From NCBI GenBank assembly GCA_964563205.1, contig CAZLWS010000003.1, positions 5,667 to 48,159 of the forward strand: a stretch of 42,493 nucleotides of DNA, read 5' to 3'. Under the pieces are notes generated by a model. It was not told where the DNA came from. It ran no database searches and saw only the letters and a program-made list of their open reading frames with translations. The position numbers and the translations under genes are program-made. The DNA is from an uncultured Propionibacteriaceae bacterium (GTDB lineage Bacteria > Actinomycetota > Actinomycetes > Propionibacteriales > Propionibacteriaceae). This document shows positions 35,823 to 42,493 of the stretch, piece after piece; within the stretch, counting starts at the first letter, position 1, and each line of letters opens with the position of its first letter.

Positions 35823-35882
35823 GTCGCTCCGTACCGTGGGGGGTGCGCGCCATCCGCCACGGACTCCGGACGACACCCGCAA

Positions 35883-35911
35883 ACAGTAATCCTGCGTGCG
35901 GCTTCGCGTAA
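35883..35911 (-). promoter_or_regulatory. Putative sigma70-type promoter of the giant gene
   Basis: Minus strand TTACGC-17 nt-TACTGT. The -10 (TAnnnT) lies 6 nt upstream of an in-frame GTG (35876). The -35 match is weak. Confidence 0.45.
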
Positions 35912-35913
35912 GT

Positions 35914-35927
35914 CCCCCGCTCGGGGG
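35914..35927. promoter_or_regulatory. Palindromic putative regulator binding site
   Basis: CCCCCG-CT-CGGGGG immediately upstream of the putative -35. Confidence 0.4.
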
Positions 35928-36013
35928 GCATCAGGCGGCGGCCGGGCGCAGTTTTGCGCAATGGCTGGGTGTGCGCTGGAGAGTCAGCCCCGCTTCATTG
36001 CGGAGCCGAGAGG

Positions 36014-36262
36014 TCAGCTGATCCGGCGAGTGTCCTGGTCGTAGTCGGCGTAGCGGCTGGCGAGGTCGGCGTACTGGTCTTCAGTCTCGTCGTCGTCCAG
36101 TTCCTCGTCCTCGAGCTCGTCGGCCGGAGATTCCGCCGATGCCGGTTCGTAGGTGTCGCCCCGCAACTCCCGCTCCAGCGACCCGAAGTCGGTGGAGTAG
36201 GAACGGTACTTGAGATCGCGAGCGACTTTCGTCTGCTTCGCTTTAGCACGGCCGCGTCCCAT
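36014..36262 (-). CDS. DUF3073 family protein (Rv0810c-like)
   Basis: Diagnostic N-terminus MGRGRAKAKQTKVARDLKY..TDF..LERELRG and an acidic tail; upstream GAGGGGG; normally found next to purM in actinobacteria. Confidence 0.95.
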   Translation of the reverse strand: MGRGRAKAKQTKVARDLKYRSYSTDFGSLERELRGDTYEPASAESPADELEDEELDDDETEDQYADLASRYADYDQDTRRIS

Positions 36263-36363
36263 TGGTCGGGTCAGCCCCCTCGCCTGGTCACTTGCGGTCG
36301 AGCCGCTACTGGTTCAAGAAATCTGTCGTGCAGGCAAGGTTACCCAAGTTTCCGACAGCGGCC

Positions 36364-36405
36364 AAAGACCCCGCCCACCCCGAGCGGCCGCCGACGCGCG
36401 GGGTC
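36364..36405 (-). terminator. Possible weak intrinsic terminator after the first TetR gene
   Basis: Stem GACCCCGC/GCGGGGTC (36367-36374 / 36398-36405) followed by TTT on the minus strand; the loop is long. Confidence 0.3.
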
Positions 36406-36961
36406 AGGTCAGGCCGGCGAGGGCGCGCACGGCGCGTTCGATGGCGGGTCGCATGTCGAGGCCCGGGTCGACGGTGAGCCGGTGCAGCAGCAAGCCGTCT
36501 CCGAGGGCCATGATCGCCCTGGTCGCCGGCACGGGATCTGCGATGCCGACGGTGATCACGATGCGCTCCATCCACTGCTCCAGCTCACGGCGCTGCCGGC
36601 GCAGCGCCTCGCCCAGCTCGGGATCGTCGGCGAGTTCGAGGAAGAGCGCGTACCGGGCGCGGGTGCGCGTGGCGAACGGCCCGGCCAGCAGTTCGGTCAA
36701 GGCAGCGAGGCCTTCGATCAGGTCGCCGACCGTGGCGATCGCCGGCATCGCCGCCGGATCGAGGTCGGTGCGCTCGCCCTCGGCGATCCAGTCGATGACG
36801 CCGCGCAGCAGCGCGCGCCGGGTGCGGAACCAGTTGGAGGTCGAGCCGGGCGGCAGGCCGGCGCGTTCGTCCACCCGGGCGTGGGTCAACGCGCGCACCC
36901 CCTTCTCGCCGAGCAGCTCGACAGCCGCCTCGACAGCGCGATCCCGGGTATGCGGAGGCAT
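36404..36961 (-). CDS. TetR/AcrR family transcriptional regulator
   Basis: HTH: AVEAAVELLGEKGVRALTHARVDERAGLPPGSTSNWFRTR. ATG 36961 has GAGGGG 6 nt upstream (alternative start 36967). Divergent from the hydrolase. Confidence 0.93.
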   Translation of the reverse strand: MPPHTRDRAVEAAVELLGEKGVRALTHARVDERAGLPPGSTSNWFRTRRALLRGVIDWIAEGERTDLDPAAMPAIATVGDLIEGLAALTELLAGPFATRTRARYALFLELADDPELGEALRRQRRELEQWMERIVITVGIADPVPATRAIMALGDGLLLHRLTVDPGLDMRPAIERAVRALAGLT

Positions 36962-36983
36962 CGACATCCCCTCTTCAGAAGCC

Positions 36984-36999
36984 TACTATGAACGTAGTA
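36984..36999. promoter_or_regulatory. TetR operator palindrome
   Basis: TACTA-TGAACG-TAGTA, AT-rich, in the short divergent intergenic region. Confidence 0.75.
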
Positions 37000-37024
37000 T
37001 TTCGTCTCTCGCGAGGGGGTCGCC

Positions 37025-37930
37025 ATGGACACGCCGGAGCTCGGCGTCATCCGTCCCGCCGACGCTGCCTGGTCGCCGCCCCTGCCGGAGGCCGCCGGCT
37101 TCGAGCATCTCGTCGTCGAGACGCCCGGCCTGCGGACGCACCTGGCCGCGATCGGCGAGGGTGAGCCGGTCGTGCTGCTGCACGGGTTCCCTCAGCACTG
37201 GTGGCAGTGGCGCGCCGTGGCGCCGGCCATAGCCGCAGCCGGCTGCCGCGTCCTGTGCCCTGACCTGCGCGGGGCGGGCTGGACGGTGGCCGACGATCCG
37301 CGGATCGAGCGCGCGACCCGGCTTCACGACCTCCTTGCCCTGTTCGACGCCCTCGGCCTTGACCGCGTCCATGTGGTCTCCCATGACATGGGCACGATCA
37401 CCGCCCTGCAGCTGAGCTACGAGCACCCCGAACGGGTGCGCACCGCGGTGCAGCTCTCCGTGCCGCCCTTCTTCATGCAGTTCAGCCCGCGACTGCTGCC
37501 CGGTTTCCGGCATCTGCCCGGGTTCATCTGGCATAGGCCGGGCGCCTCGCTGCGAGGGGTGTTCTCCGAGGCCTATGTCGCCCACCCGCTGTCAGCGGAG
37601 ACCATCGAGGCACACCTGGCCCCGCTTCGCCGCCCAGGCATCGACGGCGCCGTCCGTCCGCTCACCCGGGGAATGATCCTGCCGGAGGCCGTGCGCATGG
37701 CCAGCGGGGTCTACCGCCGACGGCGGCTCCGCGTGCCGACGCTCGCCGTCTTCGGGCGCCGCGACCACCCATGGACCGAAGCGAACCTGGGACGAGCCTG
37801 TCGCCATCCGGAACGCCACGCCGACCGCTTCGAGTTCGCCTACGTCGACGACGCCGCGCATTTCATCACCGACGACGCCCCGGACGCGGTCGCCCAGCTC
37901 GCGCTCGACTGGATCGAACGCGCCGCGTGA
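37025..37930 (+). CDS. Alpha/beta fold hydrolase, epoxide hydrolase-like
   Basis: LLHGFPQHWWQW, PDLRGAG, nucleophile elbow SHDMG (Asp), C-terminal AAHF; SD GAGGGG. Confidence 0.93.
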   Translation: MDTPELGVIRPADAAWSPPLPEAAGFEHLVVETPGLRTHLAAIGEGEPVVLLHGFPQHWWQWRAVAPAIAAAGCRVLCPDLRGAGWTVADDPRIERATRLHDLLALFDALGLDRVHVVSHDMGTITALQLSYEHPERVRTAVQLSVPPFFMQFSPRLLPGFRHLPGFIWHRPGASLRGVFSEAYVAHPLSAETIEAHLAPLRRPGIDGAVRPLTRGMILPEAVRMASGVYRRRRLRVPTLAVFGRRDHPWTEANLGRACRHPERHADRFEFAYVDDAAHFITDDAPDAVAQLALDWIERAA

Positions 37931-38024
37931 TCGTCGGCCAGTGCCGGCCTACCCCAGCAGTGCCTGCGGGATGTCGGTCGCGGTGCAGAGGAGCTCGACC
38001 TCGGGTTCAGGTCAATCATCGTCG

Positions 38025-38489
38025 TCAGGCTCCGCGCGATCGCTCGGATGCCGTCAAAGCACGCGCGTGTCGCTCGAAGCCGATGACGTCGACAACACCT
38101 TCCAGGTCCGAGGCAGACACCTCAAGATCAAGAAGATCCAGGAGCACCCCCATCGCGTCCTCCTCCAACGGCTCCGGTGTGCACAACCCGGTTTGGCTCT
38201 TCGCAGCCCGTGACCTTGCCAAGCCGGCCGCCCGCCGGGCGTCCCGGACGACATAGTCCGCGACCGACTCGACCCGGAAAGCGGGCTCACTTCCGCGGAC
38301 CCTGCCGCTGCCCGACGCAATCCGATGGACACCGAACCCGATCGCCTGAAGAAGTTGCCTCACACGGTCCACCGCCAGAGCCTCGGCCGCTTCCCGTTCG
38401 GCCGGGTCGGCACCCGCCAATAGGCTGCACGCTTCCGCAGCCTCTCCCGCGAGCACGCCCAACTCGAGGTGGGATGAAGTCTTGGCCAT
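38025..38489 (-). CDS. Hypothetical protein
   Basis: 154 aa ORF filling the gap, helical-looking sequence, less GC3-biased, no clear SD, no recognisable motif. Confidence 0.4.
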   Translation of the reverse strand: MAKTSSHLELGVLAGEAAEACSLLAGADPAEREAAEALAVDRVRQLLQAIGFGVHRIASGSGRVRGSEPAFRVESVADYVVRDARRAAGLARSRAAKSQTGLCTPEPLEEDAMGVLLDLLDLEVSASDLEGVVDVIGFERHARALTASERSRGA

Positions 38490-38598
38490 ATCGCGCTCAT
38501 TCTGTTCAGCGGTAAGGGGTGATACGCGAATCCTGCCATGCGAACCGATTTGCTTTGCAACTCGGTTCCCACTAGGGGTGATGCTGTACCACCATTAA

Positions 38599-38626
38599 TG
38601 TCAGAGGGTGCTGCGAGACTGGGTTC
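38599..38626 (+). promoter_or_regulatory. PafBC/RecA-NDp-like DNA-damage promoter, leaderless
   Basis: TGTCAG-N10-GAGACT-N6-ATG(38627), compared with the mycobacterial consensus TGTCGG-N10-TAnnnT. Confidence 0.6.
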
Positions 38627-39982
38627 ATGTTCAGTTCGGTGGTCGAGCCAAGCGCTCCGGCGGTTCAACGGCTGCGGCAGGCCGCGGCCGTGCAGGCTGC
38701 TGCGGAGGCCGCCCAGGCGCAGGCGCTGCTCGACCTCGCTCATGAGGTGGAGTGGGACGAGACCGCGGAATTCGACGTGGTCGGCACCCGTCCGATCCGG
38801 ATCGCGGCGGACGGCACTCGGCTGATCGACGAACACCTTCCCCTGGAAGTCGCCGCTGCGCTGGGCATCTCGGCGACCGCGGCAATCTGGTTGATTCGCG
38901 ACGTGCTCAACCTGGCCGCCCGACACCCTCGGCTTTGGCAATCGGTGCAAGCCCGGCAGTTCCCGCTGTGGCGCGCCCGGCCCATTGCGCAGCTGGTCGA
39001 AGCCGCGGGGCTCAACCACGACGAAGCCCTCGCGGTGGACGCCGCCATCGCCGACGCGGTCGGCAGGGTCGGGTGGCGACGACTGGTTCAGCGACTGCGA
39101 GCCGCGATGCTGCAGATCGCTCCCGACCGGCTGCGCGCCCAAGCCGAGGCGTCCCAGGCGGCACGTTACGTGCGAGTCGGTACCCTGCCGGACGACCCGG
39201 CGTCCAGCTACCTCGCCGGCCGGCTCGACACCAGCGTCGCCCGCGATTTCGACGACCTGCTCGACCGGGTGGCCGACGGGCTCGCCGCACGCGGCGGCAC
39301 CGGTGACCGTGATCTGCTGCGCGCAGAAGCCGTCAGGGCGATCACGGCCGACCCGGCCGCCCTGGCCGAACTGCTCGACCCGCACCAGCCGGCCCCAGCC
39401 AACGGAGCTCCTCGCAAACGGCGGAAGAAGCGGCGTCCGCACCAGTTCTACATTCACCTGCCCGCAACCCTCGGCCCGGACGCTGTCGCCGACGTGGAGA
39501 GTATCGGACCGGTACTGGCCGACCAGTTGGGACGGATCGTCGGCGACCGGCCGATCAAGCTGACGCCCGTCCTTCGCGTCAACGGCGGTGCCGAACCAGT
39601 AGTCGACAGCTACGCGATCCCGCGGCGGATCCGAGAGCACGTCCTGGTTCGCGACCGGTACGACATCTTCCCGTTCAGCACCCATCACGCCCGCGGCTGC
39701 GACCTCGACCACACGGTCCCCTACGTCGAAGGCGAGCCCGGGCAGACCCGGCCGTCCAACCTGGGACCGCACTCCCGTAGACCCCACCGGGCCAAGACCC
39801 ACGGCGACTGGAAGCTCGAGCAACCCTGCCCCGGCGTCTTCTGGTGGACGACGCCGCGCGGCCAGATCTACCGGGTCGGCCCCGACGGCACGACCAACCT
39901 CACTCCCGGCGACCAGCTCGCCGACACCAGCGACGTCGAACGCAGCCTCCGCTGGGGCCTCGACCGCTGGCGTGGCAGCTAG
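38627..39982 (+). CDS. DUF222 / 13E12-repeat-like protein with C-terminal degenerate HNH-like domain
   Basis: Helical N-terminus (EVAAALGIS..A..LIRD..NL..RHP.LW). C-terminal RD..DIFPFS...CDLDH..PY..GQT..SNLGPHSRRPHRAKTHGDW...WWTTP.G. Confidence 0.88.
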   Translation: MFSSVVEPSAPAVQRLRQAAAVQAAAEAAQAQALLDLAHEVEWDETAEFDVVGTRPIRIAADGTRLIDEHLPLEVAAALGISATAAIWLIRDVLNLAARHPRLWQSVQARQFPLWRARPIAQLVEAAGLNHDEALAVDAAIADAVGRVGWRRLVQRLRAAMLQIAPDRLRAQAEASQAARYVRVGTLPDDPASSYLAGRLDTSVARDFDDLLDRVADGLAARGGTGDRDLLRAEAVRAITADPAALAELLDPHQPAPANGAPRKRRKKRRPHQFYIHLPATLGPDAVADVESIGPVLADQLGRIVGDRPIKLTPVLRVNGGAEPVVDSYAIPRRIREHVLVRDRYDIFPFSTHHARGCDLDHTVPYVEGEPGQTRPSNLGPHSRRPHRAKTHGDWKLEQPCPGVFWWTTPRGQIYRVGPDGTTNLTPGDQLADTSDVERSLRWGLDRWRGS

Positions 39983-40671
39983 CCACCCCCAGGGGCGGAC
40001 TCCCCCGCCGCTGACCGGTCGCCGTGCACGTCGAGCCGTCTGCCCAACTCGTCGAGGATGATGTCCAGGCCCTGGTCGAACTGGTCGGAGAACGAGTATT
40101 CACCGGTTGCGGTGAGGTGTTGCACAAGTTCGAACAGGTACGGGTGCGGGGCGAGCACGGAGGTCAGGCCGACGGCAAGGTCGACCGCCTGGTCGGTGGT
40201 GGCTGGATCAAAGGGGAGGTTCCGCTCGGTCAGCGCGAAGCCGTAGACGTAGGCATCGATCACCGAGAACGCCTGCGCAGCCAACTCGATCGGGAAGCCG
40301 CCCCGGCGCAGGCAGCCGATCACCGCGTCGTGATGCCTCAGCAGCGCAGGCCCGGGGTTCGAGCGCGAGTCGATCAGGGCAAGCGCCCACGGATGGCCGA
40401 CCAGCACCTCCCGCGCGGACGCCGCCCGCACCCGCATGCCCTGCCGCCACGAGTCGCCCGGCTCGGGCAGGGCGATCTGTGCGAACACCCAGTTCACCAG
40501 CGCGTCGAGCAGCGCGTCCTTGTTGGCGATGTGGTGGTAGAGCGACATCGCCTCGACGCCGAGCTCCTTGGCGACGTTGCGCATGCTGATCGCTGCCGCC
40601 CCTCCCTCGTCGGCCACCCTCGCCGCGGCTTCGACGATGCGCTCCTTGCTGAGCGGCTGCCTGGAGTCCAT
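39979..40671 (-). CDS. TetR/AcrR family regulator (TetR_C type)
   Basis: LSKERIVEAAARVADEGGAAAISMRNVAKELGVEAMSLYHHIANKDALL; C-terminal F..GLD.ILD; SD AAGGAGG upstream. Confidence 0.95.
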   Translation of the reverse strand: MDSRQPLSKERIVEAAARVADEGGAAAISMRNVAKELGVEAMSLYHHIANKDALLDALVNWVFAQIALPEPGDSWRQGMRVRAASAREVLVGHPWALALIDSRSNPGPALLRHHDAVIGCLRRGGFPIELAAQAFSVIDAYVYGFALTERNLPFDPATTDQAVDLAVGLTSVLAPHPYLFELVQHLTATGEYSFSDQFDQGLDIILDELGRRLDVHGDRSAAGESAPGGG

Positions 40672-40690
40672 GCTGTTCGCCTCCTTGTCT

Positions 40691-40737
40691 CCTTACAGGC
40701 GTAAGGCTATCCTGTTCCCAAGACTTACACCTGTAAG
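40691..40737. promoter_or_regulatory. Two TetR operator palindromes
   Basis: CCTTAC-AGGC-GTAAGG (40691-40706) and CTTACA-CC-TGTAAG (40724-40737) in the divergent intergenic region. Confidence 0.85.
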
Positions 40738-40775
40738 GGTCTGCGTGGAACGTGAGGGACGCAATGGAGACAGCC

Positions 40776-41732
40776 ATGACAGCAGCGATCGTCGACCGCT
40801 ACGGGCCACCCGAGACGGTCCGGCTCACCGACCGGCCCGTCCCCCGGCCGCGCCGCGGCGAAGCTCTGGTGCGCGTCGAGGCGGCGGCGGTGACCTCCGG
40901 CGACGCCCGGCTGCGATCCGGCCGGTTCCCACCGGGGTTCGGCTTCCCCGCCCGGCTCGCGATCGGCTTTCGCGGACCGCGGGCGAAGATTCCGGGCGCG
41001 GTCTTCTCCGGAACCGTCGAGGGCCTGGGCGAGAACGCAGCCGGCGTGGAAGTCGGGCAGTCAGTCACCGGGATGACCGGCACTCGGCTCGGCGCGCACG
41101 CCGAGTACGTGACCGTGCCGATCACGAAGCTGGCGGTGAAGCCCGGCCAGGTCTCTCACGCGGACGCCGCGGGCGCCCTGTTCGGCGGCAGCACGGCGCT
41201 GCACTTCCTGCGGGACCGAGCGCGGGTTCAGGCAGGTCAGACCGTGCTCGTGAACGGCGCCTCCGGATCGGTCGGCTCAGCGGCGGCGCAGCTCGCCGCG
41301 CACTTCGGCGCAACCGTGACCGCGGTCTGCAGCGAAAGGAACCACGACCTGGCGCGTCGCCTCGGCGCCACCCGGGTGGTCGACTATCAGCAGACTCCCC
41401 TCGCCACCCTGGACGAGCGGTTCGACGTGGTCTTCGACGCGGTGGGCAACCTGCGCCGCGCGGACGGCCTGCGGCTCGCAGGCGCTGCCGGCTCGGTGAT
41501 TCTGGCGGTGGCCGGTCTGGCCGACACGGTGACCGCGCGCGGTCGCGTGATCGCCGGGCCCGCGCCGGAACGCAGCGAGGATTTCGCCCTGCTGCTCGAT
41601 CTCGTCGCACGCGGCATCCTCGACCCGCTGGTCGAGATCGTCGGCGGACTCGATTCGCTGCCGGAGGCGCACCGGCGCGTCGACACCGGACGGAAGGTCG
41701 GCAACCTCGTGATTCTGCCGAGTGCGGGATAG
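40776..41732 (+). CDS. NAD(P)-dependent MDR-family alcohol dehydrogenase / quinone oxidoreductase-like protein
   Basis: YGPPE..P.P...E.LVRV.AA.V, GAHAEY, VLVNGASGSVG, FDVVFDAVG, GRKVGNLVI. No Zn-binding Cys cluster. ATG 40776 has GGAG upstream (alternatives 40764, 40752). Confidence 0.92.
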   Translation: MTAAIVDRYGPPETVRLTDRPVPRPRRGEALVRVEAAAVTSGDARLRSGRFPPGFGFPARLAIGFRGPRAKIPGAVFSGTVEGLGENAAGVEVGQSVTGMTGTRLGAHAEYVTVPITKLAVKPGQVSHADAAGALFGGSTALHFLRDRARVQAGQTVLVNGASGSVGSAAAQLAAHFGATVTAVCSERNHDLARRLGATRVVDYQQTPLATLDERFDVVFDAVGNLRRADGLRLAGAAGSVILAVAGLADTVTARGRVIAGPAPERSEDFALLLDLVARGILDPLVEIVGGLDSLPEAHRRVDTGRKVGNLVILPSAG

Positions 41733-41744
41733 ATCTTCGCAGCG

Positions 41745-42493
41745 TCAGCCGTGCTGCCCGACCATCCTCACTGATCCGTCGCCTTCGGCGGCCGCCGCTT
41801 CGCCGGCGACCCAGGAGTCGATGCCGAAGCCGGCCAGCGTGGCCTGGGCTGAGGCGGCCTCGGCGGCGGGCAGCAGAAGCATCATCCCGACGCCCTGGTT
41901 GAGGGTGGCTTCGACGTCCGGCTGAGACAGCGCGCCCACGGACTGGACGAGGCCGAAGATCGGCGCCGGGCTCCAGGTCGTCCGGTCGATCACCACCTCG
42001 ACGCCGGACGGGACCACGCGGGCCAGATTGTTCGCCAAGCCCCCGCCGGTGACGTGGCTCATGGCGTGCACCTCAGCAGTGCGAGTCACCTCAAGACAGG
42101 CCTTGGCGTACACCCGGGTGGGTTCGAGCAGTTCCTCGCCCAGCGTCCGTCCCAGCTCGGGGACATGCCGCTCCAGCGACCAGCCGGCCTGGTTCAGCAG
42201 GACGTGGCGCACCAGCGAGTAGCCGTTCGAGTGCAGGCCAGAGGACGCCAGCGCCAGCGCCACGTCCCCGGGAACGACCCGCTCCGGCCCGAGAATCCGG
42301 GCCTTCTCGACCACCCCGGTCGTGGCGCCGGCGACGTCGAAGTCGTCGACTCCCAGCAGCCCCGGATGCTCGGCGGTCTCGCCGCCCAGCAGCGCCGCCC
42401 CGGCGGCCTCGCAGCCGCGGGCGATGCCGTCCACGATCGCGGCGATCCGCTCCGGGACCACCTTGCCGCAGGCGATGTAGTCGGTGACGAAGA
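41745..42493 (-). CDS. purM: Phosphoribosylformylglycinamidine cyclo-ligase (AIR synthetase), 5'-truncated by the window edge
   Basis: TDYIACGK, LLGGETAEHPG, SSGLHSNGYSLVR, LLEPTRVY, HVTGGGL..N..R, TLNQGVGM. Confidence 0.98.
   Translation of the reverse strand, partial: FVTDYIACGKVVPERIAAIVDGIARGCEAAGAALLGGETAEHPGLLGVDDFDVAGATTGVVEKARILGPERVVPGDVALALASSGLHSNGYSLVRHVLLNQAGWSLERHVPELGRTLGEELLEPTRVYAKACLEVTRTAEVHAMSHVTGGGLANNLARVVPSGVEVVIDRTTWSPAPIFGLVQSVGALSQPDVEATLNQGVGMMLLLPAAEAASAQATLAGFGIDSWVAGEAAAAEGDGSVRMVGQHG

Noticed and set aside
3-35882. Giant ORF as NRPS/PKS, MARTX toxin or Rhs polymorphic toxin
   Set aside because: No A/C/KS/carrier motifs, YD repeats, cysteine protease domain or recognisable toxin domain. 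An immunity gene beyond position 1 cannot be excluded.
1416-36044. Very long plus-strand ORFs (e.g. 1416-5828, 7881-11198, 11235-16934, 19425-24500) antisense to the giant gene
   Set aside because: Expected shadow ORFs: strong GC3 bias removes stop codons from antisense frames, and the translations have no motifs.
36263-36345. DUF3073 5' leader as a riboswitch or ncRNA
   Set aside because: Only a short GCGG/CCGC hairpin and a TAACCT -10-like hexamer are visible; I cannot match a known RNA family without a covariance search.
38360-39823. 487-aa minus-strand ORF
   Set aside because: Antisense to the clearly recognisable DUF222/HNH-like gene and without motifs.
38627-39982. DUF222 gene as an IS transposase
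   Set aside because: No DDE or HUH motif and no terminal inverted repeats seen.
39979-39982. Convergent genes sharing a CTAG overlapping stop
   Set aside because: Real, but a common arrangement in compact bacterial genomes.

Overview
High-GC actinobacterial DNA, probably Propionibacteriales-like (inferred from the purM-DUF3073 neighbourhood and the DUF222/13E12-type gene). About 84% of the window is one intact minus-strand gene (3..~35822/35882, ~11,940 aa). From N- to C-terminus it carries: a signal/TM segment, a Gln/Ala coiled coil, a minimal metzincin (HEIGHALGLAH plus Met-turn), a Pro/Glu linker, an Ala/Val/Thr beta region, a ZU5-like module ending in an HF|S autoproteolysis-type motif, ~5,000 aa of nested beta-strand repeats, ~8 Ig-like repeats flanking a non-repetitive beta domain, a second beta-sheet block, ~2,700 aa of RTX-type Ca-binding repeats, and a Lys-rich then Cys-rich tail. 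RGPP/RAPP ribosome-arrest-like motifs lie at domain junctions. The remaining ~6.5 kb holds DUF3073, two divergent TetR/enzyme pairs with visible palindromic operators, a weak hypothetical ORF, a DUF222/HNH-like gene with a PafBC-type leaderless promoter, and the 3' part of purM. All domain calls come from motif recognition by eye; no database search was run.
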